Shown one piece after another: positions 1 to 12,159 of a DNA stretch of 64,000 nucleotides. Made by a program: the position numbers and the translations under genes. Source of the stretch: Gracilinanus agilis (Eukaryota); contig NC_058133.1 in the NCBI RefSeq assembly GCF_016433145.1, positions 65,853,749 through 65,917,748 on the forward strand, written 5' to 3'. Every line of letters starts with the position of its first letter. The stretch's first letter is position 1. Under the pieces are notes generated by a model. It saw nothing but the letters and a program-made list of their open reading frames with translations. It did no database searches and was not told where the DNA came from.

Positions 1-1190
1 GTTCATTGGGAAATTGGTCTATAGTTTTCTTTCTCTGTTTTTGATCTACCTGGTTTTGGAATCAGTACCATATTTGTGTCATAAAAGGAATTTGGTAGGA
101 CTCCTTCTTTTCTTATTATATCAAATAATTTGTATAGTATTGGGATTAGTTGTTGAATGTTTTGATAGAATTCACTTGTGAATCCATCAGGCCCTGGCGA
201 TTTTTTTCTTAGGGAGTTCTTTGATGGCTTGTTCAATTTCTTTTCCTGATGTGGGATTATTTAGGTATTCTATTTCTTCTGCTGTTAATCTAGGCAATTT
301 ATATTTTTGTAAATATTCATCCATATCACCTAGATTGCTATATTTATTGCCATATAATTGGGCAAAATGGTTTTTAATGATTACCTTAATTTCCTCTTCA
401 TTAGAGGTGAGGTCTCCCTTTTCATGTTTGATACCATCAATTTGGTTTTCTTCTTTCCTTTTTTTAAAAATTAGATTGACCAGTACTCTGTCTATTTTAT
501 CTGTTTTTTCATAATACCAGCTTCTAGTCTTATTTATTAATTCAATAGTTATTTTACTTTTGATTTTATTAATTTATCCCTTGATTTTTAGTATTTCTAA
601 TTTAGTTTTCATCTGGGGATTTTTCATTTCCTCGCTTTCTAGTTTTTTAAGTTGCATGCCCAATTCATTAATCTCTGCCCTCCCTAATTTGTTAATATAT
701 GCACTCAAGGATATAAATTTCCCCCTCAGTACTGCCTTAGCTGTATCCCACAGAGTTTGGTAGGATGTCTCATCATTGTCATTCTCTTCAATGAAATTGT
801 TGATTGTTTCTATATTTTCTTCTTTGACTAACTGGTTTTGGAGAATCATATTATTTAATTACCTGTCCAGGTGCCCTTACTAATTATTATTTTTATTGCA
901 TTATGATCTGAGAAGGTTATATTTATTATTTCTGCTCTTTTGCATTTGTTTGCAATGTTTCTATGCCCTATTACATGGTCAATCTTTGTGAATGTACCAT
1001 GTGCAGCTGAAAAGATGTATTCCTTTTTGTTCCTATTTATTTTTCTCCACATATCTAATAAATCTAATTTTCTAGGATTTCATTCACCTCTTATCTCTTT
1101 CTTATTTATTTTTTGGTTTGATTTATCTAGATCTGAAAGAGGAATATTTAGATATTTAGTATGGTTTTACTATCTATTTCCTTCTTGAGC
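1..1190 (-). mobile_element. LINE-1 ORF2 fragment (end of endonuclease to start of RT), with frameshifts and small deletions
   Basis: Minus-strand ORFs contain [47 protein letters not shown] and LIPKPG...ENYRPIS in L1 ORF2 order. Confidence 0.95.
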
Positions 1191-1893
1191 TCTGCCCAAA
1201 AGCTTATTTTAAAATGATATTCTTCCGGTGAACTTTTATGGCTGTGAATAATAAAAAACTCCATTTTCCAGAGAAATAAATTTAAGGGTCACTCCAAGAG
1301 ACAGATGATCATTATAAGTATTTTGCAAGCATTCCCAACCAAGACTTTTTTAAGAGAAACAGCTTTAGACTTATCATCAGAAAACCATATTTAAAAAAAA
1401 AAGATAGTGGTTATATCATGTGACAAGAAAGAGCGATAACTGATAGAAAATCTGCATTCTTCACTGATTTCTCTAGTCCTATTAGCTGACATTAACATAA
1501 TTTAACGTTTATAAAACTGTTATATATAAAGCACATCTCCATTGATGGCCCCAATAACACTGGAAGGTACAGGTGAGACTGAGTGATTAACAGGATCAGA
1601 AAGCCAGTGTCTAAGATAGGCTTTGAGCCAAGGTCCTTATGTCTCCAAGATCAGCCATTTCTCTACCATGCTACATAGCTTTGAAATCTCAACATAAGGA
1701 CAGGAAGGCTCCTAGTACATTGATTGGATTTGTTATGGAAAACTAGTAGCAGGATGTGGATAAGAATCATATAGGATAAGGGGACAAGAATCATTGTTGG
1801 AAGTAGAGCCCAAATAAAAGAGGTCACTAATCTATAAAGTTTTCTGAAATTGTCACTTTTTATCTATAAATGGATTGGATAATTCGAATAATA

Positions 1894-2115
1894 GGGCAGC
1901 TGGTTGGGGCAATGGATAGAGTACTAGGTCTGGAGTCAAGAGGACCTGAGTTCAAATGTGACCTCATATACTTACTCTGAGCAAGTCACTTAACCCTGTT
2001 TGCCTCAATTTCCTCATCTATAAAATGTACTGGAGAAAGAAATGGCAAACCACTCCAATATCTTTGCCAAGAAAACCTCATAAGGAACTGGGAAGAGTCA
2101 GACATGACTGAAATG
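1894..2115 (+). mobile_element. MAR1-type CORE-SINE
   Basis: tRNA-like head, CORE (caagtcacttaaccctgtttgcctc) and RTE-like tail (gcaaaccactccaatatctttgccaagaaaacc...gacatgactgaa). Confidence 0.85.
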
Positions 2116-3312
2116 ACTTAGGTACAAAAATCAGAATAATAAACTATCCACTCAGTTTTTTAAAAAAATATTTTAGTCCATTTTATTATTCTCTATTCTT
2201 AAAATAAAATTTTAAAAGTGGTTTGAGCCTCAGTTAAAAAAAATTGTAGTATTTTAGGATTTGATGCATTCAACACAATGTCATCTAAAATACTCATATT
2301 TTCAGAAGACATTTTAGATACAGATAATTTTGGTATGAGATTTTTGCATTAGTTTATTATTAGTAATTTTGCTTTTACCATTGAACTTTTAGTGTTACAG
2401 TCTTAGGACTTAAAGTGTATCTTGAGATTCTTTACTTTTAAAATTGGTTATGCTCTTTAAAGATTCTCCCTGTCAATTCAGTTAATTTTTGTTATTCAAC
2501 ATTATTCACTTTTAATTTACAAATAAATTATTTTCATCAAGTGGTTTACACTTGAATGCTGGATGCAGATAGGGAATTATATTAAACGTTATAGCCCCAA
2601 TTTGTAATTCTCCTTTTTTTTTTAAATCAGGCATAAGGTAGGTATTTATTTCCTAAACACAAAACCAGTGTTAAATACAAAAGGCTTTCATAAGCACTCG
2701 TCGGAAAAACCAAAAGTATAGAAGTGGCACTAATAAATATCATTGAGTTTTAAAACTATCAGATTATAAGCATTTACTGAATATGTATTTTACATTTCAC
2801 CTGTATTTCACCTAGGATTTGCATGATTCCTTTCAAGAAAGATGTTTTCTGGCAAACCAAGTCAAACGTCATACTCATCTTCTGATTGGTACGCCATCTC
2901 TTAAAACAAAAAAGTCCTAAGTTAATAAAGTCAGCAAACTAGCCAATACATCAAACATGTATGAGATTATAGTCTATATTTTCCACCCATAGTCTCTCAC
3001 CTCTTTGAAGAAGGGAGGAAATGTATTTTCTCAACCCTTCTTCAGGCCTAAGCTTAGTCATCTTGATTTTAATGAAATAAAATTGGTGGACTTTTTGGAT
3101 ACACATTCGTTGCTGGTAGAATTGCAAACTTGTAAATCTTGGACAGTGTTCTTGCAGGAAGCAGAAAAAATTATTAAAATAATCATATCCTTTAATTAAA
3201 CGTCCATTTTTGGTGAATTTATCTTAAAGTTGTTATTGAAAACAAAACAAAACAAGATATTAAAAGATGGCAGAACTATGTATAATTACATTCTTTTAAA
3301 AATATTTATTTA

Positions 3313-3500
3313 GGGGGCAGCTGGGTAGCTCAGTGGATTGAGAATCAGGCCTCGAGACAGGAGGTCCTAGGTGCAAATCTGGCCTCAGACACTTCCCAGC
3401 TGTGTCACCCTGGGCAAGTCACTTGACCCCTATTGCCCACCCTTACCACTCTTCCACCAAGGATCCAATACACAGAAGTTAAGAGTTTAAAAAAAATAAA
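3313..3500 (+). mobile_element. SINE1_Mdo-type tRNA-derived SINE, full length
   Basis: gggggcagctgggtagctcagtgg head with A/B-box-like motifs, A-rich tail and a degenerate TSD. Confidence 0.93.
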
Positions 3501-3809
3501 AAAAATTTATTTCAGTTATATGTAGAAATGTTTTTTTCTTGTTTACACTTGCTTTATTCTTTGATTTAATTGATTAACTTAATGCAGAGTCCAGGTAAGC
3601 TTCACTCATACCTAAATGAGGAAAATGAGTCCAGGAAAAAGAAAGCTTTCTTTTCACCCCCAAAGGTGAAAAAGTGCCACATAGTGGTACTCAAGACTAG
3701 AGTTTAGGTCTTTTGGCTTTCATTCAGTACTCTGTATAGTATGCTATTAGATGAGGTCGCCCAGCAAAAGTCTTTCCTGGACCAGGACCAGGAAAAAGAT
3801 GGATACATA

Positions 3810-4038
3810 GATGTTGATGATGTTGATAATGTTGATGAAGTTGATGTTGTTGCTGCTGCTGATGACAATGTTGTTTTTGATGATGATGTTGATGATGTTG
3901 TTGATGACGGTATTGATGACAATGATGACGACGATGTTGTCAATGATGATGTTGATGCTTTTGTTGATGATGAAGATGACACTGATGATGCTGTTGATAA
4001 TATTGATGATGATGATGATGATGATGTTGTTGTTGATG
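3810..4038. repeat. Degenerate in-phase trinucleotide repeat (GAT/GTT/GAC/GCT/AAT), about 76 triplets
   Basis: Directly visible. It explains the D/V-rich, M/L-rich and S/T-rich ORFs in the track. Confidence 0.95.
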
Positions 4039-4940
4039 CACTCAGGTCCTGTGCTATCCTAACTGTGGTTCCATGATACCTGAATGGTTTCTTCTTAGCA
4101 ATTTGTAGTATCTTCTCCTTGGTCTGGTAGTTTTTAAATTTGGCTATAACATTCCTGAGTGTTGACAATTGGGGATTAAATGTAGGAGGTGATCTGTGGA
4201 TTCTTTCAATCTCCACTTTTCCCTCTTGTTCAAGAATGTTGGGGCAGTTTTCTTGGATAATTTCCTGTAGAATGATGTCCAGGCTTTTTCTTTTGTCGTG
4301 ATTTTCTGGTAGTCCAATAATTATTAAATTGTCTCTTCTGGATATATTTTCCAGTTCTGTAGTTTTATCACTGAGGTGTTTCATATTTTCCTCAATTTTT
4401 TTCATTCTTTTGATTTTGTTTTATAGACTCTTTCTGCTTTGTGAAGTCATTTGCTTCTAGTTGTTGGATTCTAATTTTTAAGGACTGAATTCCATCCCTG
4501 GCTTTTTGATCATCCTTTCCCTTCTGATCTGTTTTTCTTTGTAGGTCATCTTTTACTTTCTTTGCCTTATTTTCAAGCTGGTCAATTCTGGCTTTCAAGA
4601 CCCTAGTTTCTTCTTTTAGTTCATGTGACTCTGTTTCCAAATGACTTATTTTGCTTTTTAAGTTCTTTTCCCAATTATCTTCAGCCTCTCTTGATTGTTT
4701 TTTGAATTGTGTTTTGAGTTCTTCCAAAGACTTGAGTCCAATCCACTGGAGTTTCTGTGTTTTTGTTTGTTGTTCCTTGGTCCTCCTCTGTTCCAATTGC
4801 TCTTTGTTCACTACCTGGATAGAACCTGTTGATTAAAATTTCTTTTTTCTTTTTCTATTGTTTACTCATATTTTTTCCTTCTTTCTCCCCTGTCATTGGC
4901 TCTTATATTGCTTCTCTGATTCTTTGCTGGATTTATGGGT
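4035..4940 (-). mobile_element. LINE-1 ORF1 fragment (coiled coil plus RRM), 3'-truncated at the triplet repeat
   Basis: Peptides RRDNLIIIGLPE, IQENCPNILEQEGKVEIERIHRSP and VIAKFKNYQTKEKIL are typical of L1 ORF1p. Confidence 0.93.
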
Positions 4941-7095
4941 TTGTGTTATTCTGTCCTCTGTAATTCTACTTTTATTATCAGATTTTCTTTGTTGTCTCAT
5001 TTTTCAATGATTCTAGAAAAATAATTAGAAAATTTTTCATATACTTTTTTGCTCATCAGTAATGAAAGTCATTCAGATACAAATTTAGAACTAAAAGAAA
5101 TCATTAGGGTCAAAATTTAGAGATTCAAACAACCACAGTGGTTATGTTTTCCAACTCCCTCATTTTGCTGATAAAGAAATGGAGTTCCAGAGAGATTAAG
5201 TGAAGTGTAGAACAGAGCTGGTATTTAAATTTAGACTTTCTGATTCCATTCAAGAAATTTTTTCCACTGCAGCAAGTCCAGTTTGGAGAATCTGGATATT
5301 AAATGATTAAAGTACTAAAATGATATGAAAATTCCTAGAGGTAAGGTATAATAACATGGAAATTGTAATGACTACTGATAAGTTCTTATAGGAAATTGAC
5401 TTGTTGTATTTAATCTTACTTTTAAGAAATAATAAAGCATATACTAAAGGTTTGTTGCCACCTGTTTAAAATTTTAAGAACTCTTACTTTACATAAATAA
5501 CATAAGATTGTGTAATAACAGTAAGTATAAAAGGTATTTGTCATTGATTCTGGATCAGGAGGAATGTAAACATGTAGACAGAATGTTTTTTTGACCTGGT
5601 AAAAACTTTTCAATTTGTCTTTCTGCTTCAAGGCATTCTTACTTTCATCTATCAGGCTGAAGGCCCCTTCCACATTCACACCCTCTCTCATACTAAAAAA
5701 AACTCCCTCCAAACTCCAGAATCAAATATAAAATTCTCAGTTTTGTTTTTTAGAAACAATAAATTATTTTTATTTTAGCTTTAGAAACAATGAATAAAAC
5801 ATTTTTTTTGTTTTTTTTAGAAGCAGTATATAATTTTTTAGAGACAGCAAATAATTTCTACCCCTCCTTGGTTTAGTTTTGTCTGCCATTGACTGGTTCC
5901 TTTCTTTTTTGCAATCTGTTTATACTTTACCTTCTGCGTAATCCATGATCCAGCTACCCTGCTTGTTTTCTTACTGTTCCTTGCACGTGATAACTGTTTC
6001 CTAACCATGCCTTTTTACTGACTCCCCCCCCCCCCATGTATGAAATGCTTTCCCTCCTTGTTTTGACCTCTTGGTTTCCCTGGCTTCCTTTAAAACTCAA
6101 ATGCCAGTTTTTGCAAGAGGCCTTTTTTTCCTACTGTTGCCCTCCCTCCTCACCTCCCTCAGACTCCCTCTTATAGTGCCTTTCCTCTGAGATTACTTAC
6201 CATATTAACTGTCTGTCACTTGGGCAGAGACTGAGGCCAGTGAAACATTAATTACTTCATGTAGGAGGAATGTGAGACAGCCTTGAGTGGTAGCCCTTGA
6301 AATAACCATTACAAAAGGGGAAGGACTCAGGAAAATGAGCAATAGGGAATATGAAGAAAAAGACTGAAATAAAAAATCTCAATAGGAAGAAAAGTCACTT
6401 AAAAAACTTTGTGTTTAAGAATATAGCCAACAGGAAAGATATTACCAACAGAAGGAAATGTAACCTCCAGTTGGGTTAAAGAGATGATATAGCTATGCAT
6501 TAATATTGCAGGGCAAAGGAAATGAATCAACACATCTTATGGCAGGAATTCCAAGAGAAAGTACCACTACAACCAAATGCTACAAATTGTTTAAAAGAGA
6601 AATTAGAATTGCAAAAGTAGAATTTATGGCCTACACAGCAGAAATATTTGGCAAAATAGAAAAACTTGGATCTATAATGATGAACCCACAAGAAACAAAA
6701 GAGAAAACAAATGAGAAGAAATGCAAATATACGGATATAAAGGGCAATCTAGAAAAAAGAAAGCAAAAAAGCGATAATTTAAAAGAAAGAATGGTCTCAA
6801 TAGAGGTAAAACAAACTGATCTTGAAGAGAAGATATGTAGAGAAAAAGAATTATAAGTCTTAGAAAAAAATCTAACAAGTCAAAAAAACCTCAACACCAT
6901 TATGTAAGCTTAAATAAGAGAACTGCCCAGGACTTCTGAACACAGAAAACAAAATGTCAAAAAATGCATAGATTTCCTCTAGGAAAAAAAAAAAGCCCAT
7001 GTGACAAATTCCCGAGACACATAGAGGTTATTTTCAACAATTCCATTGACAAACAACAAATTTTGGAAGTTACTATGAGAAAGGCTTCAAGTTAT

Positions 7096-7556
7096 TATAA
7101 GGGTGAAAAAGGGGTTTTATGGGTTCAATATATTAAAGATGGTTGTCAGAGGATTGAACTATTATCAATCCTCAATTAAGAATAATCTCAAATTGAAATT
7201 GACTTTTATGAAAGTTCAGGAAGATTCAGTTTTTAAACTCACCACGTGGAACAGTCTTGGTCACGAACCAGCAAAGCTCCTTCAGGTCCCCTTCACCAAA
7301 CCAGAAGCAGCCTCACTCACTCAACTCCCTCTTTTAAAAGGGGTCACTCATGCATCACTTCCAGTGCCTTCCCCTAGCCTGTGTGTCCAATCACAATAGA
7401 CCCTTTCTTATAGAAAGCGTAGGGGGTGGTCAGTTGATTCTGATTTGTTACTTACTCTAGCACCTATGGGTTAGGACCTCCCAGAATTGGAAGGTGCTCT
7501 CACCTTTAGTGATTAAATCTAAAGATGGGCTGTGTAGACTTAATCTAATTATCACA
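7096..7556 (-). mobile_element. ERV solo LTR inserted into the L1 relic
   Basis: About 460 bp bounded by tataag (mutated TG) and ...atcaCA, with flanks ttat/gtat as a degenerate 4-bp TSD. Read on the - strand it has ATTGG, GGAAGTG and TTTTAAAA in promoter order. Confidence 0.75.
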
Positions 7557-8210
7557 GTATAAAGAAAATTAGAATAACACAAGACCATTTTTTACCCACC
7601 ATAAATAGCTAGAGGGAATTAAATAATATGTACTGAAGATCAAAGGAGCCTAAGATGCCACCAAGGGTGACATAACAAAAATAATGAAAAAAAGAGCCAC
7701 TTGAAGAATTTCTACAATGAGAATCAGACCTGAACAAATTATTTGCTTTGCCAACGCTCCAGACAATAGAAATACAAGAAAAATAATTAAATATAGCACC
7801 TAATGAAGACACAGATAATGATAAATTTACCTTCTCCCTCAAAAAAGAGAGAAAAATGAATCACTGGACTATCTGATATTTAAGATTACCAAAAAAAAAA
7901 GAACCTAGACATCATATTTCAAGAAAGCATAAAAGGAAACTCCTTAGACCTTTGAAAGCCAAGAGAACAAAGTGAAAATAGAACGAAATCACTAGCCACC
8001 TCCTACAAGAACCCTCCCCATATAAAAACTTACAGGAATACAATCCAGAATTTTCAGGTCAAAGAAGAAACACCACAAGACAGATTGAATTCATATATCA
8101 TTGAACCATAGTCAGAACCACACAAGATTATTAGCTACCACTAGAAGGGAGCATAAAGCTTGAAATGTGGTTTCCCAAAAGGCAAAAATAATAGTTTTAC
8201 AGACAAAAAT

Positions 8211-8394
8211 NNNNNNNNNNNNNNNNNNNNNNNNNNNNNNNNNNNNNNNNNNNNNNNNNNNNNNNNNNNNNNNNNNNNNNNNNNNNNNNNNNNNNNNNNN
8301 NNNNNNNNNNNNNNNNNNNNNNNNNNNNNNNNNNNNNNNNNNNNNNNNNNNNNNNNNNNNNNNNNNNNNNNNNNNNNNNNNNNNNNNNNNNNNN
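8211..8394. other. Assembly gap (184 N)
   Basis: Run of N. The X-containing ORFs across it are artefacts. Confidence 1.
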
Positions 8395-8894
8395 AGCACA
8401 GAGATGATGATGAAACATTGATGAACTGTTTGTAACCTAATGTGGGAAGATGATATGTGTCCTTTTGAAAATCTTATCAACATTAAGCTTTATAGATGGA
8501 ATCACAGAAGAACTAGGAGTGGTTTTGCTAAATAAAAATATGTAAATTTATGTATTTTATATAATATATAATAAATAATACAATGATATTGTCAATGATA
8601 ATTATATAGTGAACAAGAAGCTTAAGGACATAAAGATATATAGGTTGTGTTTTTCTTACTGTTGCCCAATGAATATAAGGAATGCAGGAGGAAAAAAAAA
8701 TGAATTTGTGAAGTACACAGCTAAGAAGTTGGTTCTAAAAATAAGATTTGGATGACAACTTATATGGTTGATAGATCTTTGGCCATAAAAATGATTGGTA
8801 AGAATGTCCTTACTGAGTGTGTAGCAAATTTAGGTAAGCAGGGTTTAATTTAGAAAGGATGGAATAGGGAAACAACTGCTGGTATATAAGGTGT

Positions 8895-9420
8895 TCAGGG
8901 AAGACTAGCGTACTGATGTGAGGGATTGTAGAATACTCTCCAAGGCTGCTTATCTACCTTTGTTGTCAACCTTTCCCCCAACTCTTAACTGTGGCTCCAA
9001 GAAAGTGTAGAAAAAACAGTGGGCACACGTCCAGGAGAACCTTCTCAGCAGACAGGCTAACCAGGTTGAGGGTGATCTACAGGCCTCAAATCCCTTGGTG
9101 TGTTGGGGAAGATTAACCCCAAGAATATGAAGGCTATCCCAGATGGAATGGGTGGATGAGAACAATTTGTTCCAAAGGCCATGAAGGTGACTGAAGCAGG
9201 TGCTATGGAGCACTTAGCTTTTGATTAGACATCCACACCGCAGTTATACATTTCTTCTTGGGCCATCACCAGACATCCTAACTTTTGTCTTGCCACTAGA
9301 CTTTGATGATTGAGAGAGTGAGGCTGATGACTGTGCTACTCTGCCTCACCTAAATACAATTCATATACAAATCAAGACATGTCATCAACCTTCTTTGAAT
9401 ACAAATAAATAACAACAACA
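8895..9420 (+). mobile_element. WALLSI4-type RTE-related SINE
   Basis: Matches the remembered consensus (gtggctccaagaa..., ggatgagaacaatttgttccaa.ggccatgaagg, cttttgtcttgccact.gactt, gagagtgaggctga) and has a (caa)n tail. Confidence 0.8.
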
Positions 9421-10094
9421 ATGAGATTTCCTTCAACTAAAATACCATGAAGAGCAGTCACAAGGATGGAAAAATAAGAGCATTTACAAAATCCAAAATT
9501 TCACCAGAGAAAAACTTAGAAAATTGACGATGTTAAGACCCATGGCCTCAAGTGTCTATATAAAAATGCCTAGACAACTACTGAGAAATTAGAGATTCTA
9601 AGGAGAAAAATTTGACTTCAAATAGGTAACTCTGAGATGTAATTGGAGGAACTATGTGACTGAGCTATGACTGTAGATGGACATACCTTGATTCCTAAGA
9701 AATAGGATAGATGAAACTGGAAGAAGACTGCATGCTATGTTAAGAAGGTACACTCGTTTGAGGAAATACTAGAATAAGAGTGGAAAAACATGACAGAGAG
9801 AATGTGGGTGAAAGTTAATAGAGAGAAAAAGAGAAGTGATTTTGTCATTGATTCATACCACAGAACATTTGGACATGAAGAGGAAATAAATGAGAAATTT
9901 GGAAAACAGATCACAAACCTGGCATTGAGGCATTAAACTACAGTGACCAGGAATTCAATTATCTAGACATCTGCTAGAGCTCTCTGCCCAAACAGAGCAG
10001 AAAACTTCTTGACTTGCCATAGGGACAATTTTATCTTTCAAAGGATATGTATTAGGATAAGTTATTTTCTGTATCTGATTTGCACTAACAGGGC

Positions 10095-10260
10095 TCTGAG
10101 ATCTTGGGCAAGTCACTTAACCTTATTTGCCTTAGCTTCCTCCTCTGTAAAATGAGTTGGAGAAGGAAATGACAAACCACTCCAGTATCTTTGCCAAGAA
10201 AGCCCCAAATGTGGTAATGAAGACTTGGACATGACTAAAATGCCTAAACAATAACAACAC
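10095..10260 (+). mobile_element. MAR1-type SINE, 5'-truncated
   Basis: CORE plus RTE-like tail (aaaccactccagtatctttgccaagaaa). Confidence 0.85.
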
Positions 10261-10599
10261 ATAGTAACGGGCCGCTGCGGTAGACGTAACGGGAACATTT
10301 GAGGGAAGCGATCACTTCCTCCAAGAGATCATTATTATGAAGAAATCCAACAACATAGCTTTATGTCCACCCTCGATTTGGGGGAAGGAAATGTCAAATG
10401 GTTCACAGGAAAGTTACAAAGGATCTCATGAACTAACATTCTTTCAGGGAAGTCATCCCAGTTGGGATGTAGATAGGAATAGAATTTTGAAGATACCAAG
10501 CAGAATAATTCCATTGAAAAAGGAAAAGTGTCATTTGTCTGAAGAAACTAATGTGAATGAACATGAAACTTACCAACCAACTTAGATTTCCAGCTTAGA

Positions 10600-10785
10600 T
10601 TTTTTTTTAAACCCTTGAACTTCGGTGTATTGTCTCATAGGTGGAAGATTGGTAAGGGTGGGCAATGGGGGTCAAGTGACTAGCCCAGGGTCACACAGCT
10701 GGGAAGTGGCTGAGGCCCGGTTTGAACCTAGGACCTCCTGTCTCTAGGCCTGACTCTCACTCCACTGAGCTACCCAGCTGCCCCC
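10600..10785 (-). mobile_element. Young SINE1_Mdo-type SINE with perfect TSD
   Basis: Full length. TSD tccagcttagattttt starts at 10589 and again at 10786. Confidence 0.95.
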
Positions 10786-12159
10786 TCCAGCTTAGATTTT
10801 TAAAAGGAATAGACAGAATATGGAAGCAAGGACAATTATAGGATGAGTGCATCATGATCCCATAAAGAAACTGTCAGAAGGGCTAAACCTCAAAATAAGA
10901 TGAGGCTGGTGAGCTAAAAACTAAGGACTAAAAAGTTTTAAAATTATTTTTGGAGAAAAAGGATGATCCTATAATGAACTGGACCCTTCTTTGGGGTGAA
11001 CTGATGGGAGAAGGAAAGTAGAATTAATTAGCTCTGATTTTGCTTCCATTTCTCTGCCAAGAATGACAGAATGAAAATTATTAATACAGTGTTCATACCC
11101 AATATAAGGAGATAGACTGTAAGAGATACTTCTTTCCCCTGAGGAATTCTAGTCTCTTGGCTCAGATGAGCTTCATCCTTGCTAATGAAATACCTGGCAG
11201 ATGTAATTGCTGAGTTGCTGTTAGTGATATTTGAGTGATTGTAGAAATGGGAAAGGTGCCACAGGATTAGAGAAGGGCAAACGGCCTGATTTTCAATAAA
11301 GTGAAAATAGCATATTCTTCAAACTATAGATGAGCTTGACTTTGGTTGCTGGCAAAATTCTAGAATGGATCATTATGAGGATCATTGCTAAACATTTGAA
11401 AAGAGAAAAAGTAATTATAGAGATCAGCTTGGATTAATCAAGAATAGGTCAAGCAAGACTAATCTTATTTCCTTTTTTGACTGATTATTAAACTAGTATA
11501 TGAGAGACATTTTGCGGACATACTTAAGTAGATTTTAGCAATGCTTTTGATAAAATATCTAATACTATCCCTGTGGAAAAGATATTGAAATATGGTCAAG
11601 ATAATAATATGGTAGGATGGATTCAGAATTGATTGGATGACTGGACTCAGAAAGTATTTTTTAAGATTCAATATCAGCAGGGCTGGACATGCACAGTAGT
11701 ATATCCTGGGAATTGGTACCAGAGTCTGTGATGTTTTACCTTTTTTCTCAATAACTTGGATAAAGACATATTAATTGCTCCTGAAATTTACAGAAGGCTC
11801 GAATCTAGGATGGATAAGTAAAACACTAGGCCATAATCAGTTCCCAAAAATTTAGTGAGAAGAAAGAATATTTTGTTGAATCTAATAAGAGTACCTCTCC
11901 TCTAGCCATCTTTGTGCCAATCCTCCCCTATTCATCCTCCGCTTCCCATTGGGTACTCCATTCTTTTCTGTACGCTTCATTGGTGACAGTTCTTTATGTC
12001 TAGGATTTGTCCAGACCTATCATGAAGTACTGTGGTCATCTTCGTGCCGTTCCTTAATGCATGTCACTCTCCCATCCTTGTTTTATGTCCCTTTTTCTGG
12101 GAATAGTAACATATCAATAATACTATTCCTGGAAAGTATGTATGGATCAATTTCCCTAG

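Larger units (their letters stand above)
6280..8510 (+). mobile_element. Old L1/HAL1-like ORF1 relics (two successive ORF1 segments), interrupted by an LTR and an assembly gap
   Basis: K/E-rich coiled-coil ORF at 6506-6856. RRM-like DNA at about 6850-7090 and again at about 7860-8200 (gaacctagacatcatatttcaagaa, gtcagaaccacacaaga). Confidence 0.7.

Noticed and set aside
3741-4076. Asp/Val-rich 111-aa ORF with an EF-hand-like start (FLDQDQEKDGYID)
   Set aside because: It is a translation of the triplet repeat. Spacing does not fit a 12-residue EF loop with flanking helices, and there is no splice or promoter support.
6024-6035. C12 run (G12 on the - strand), possible G-quadruplex
   Set aside because: Isolated homopolymer within an old L2-like region, with no other support.
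8112-8483. ORFs spanning X residues
   Set aside because: Artefacts of the 184-N gap.
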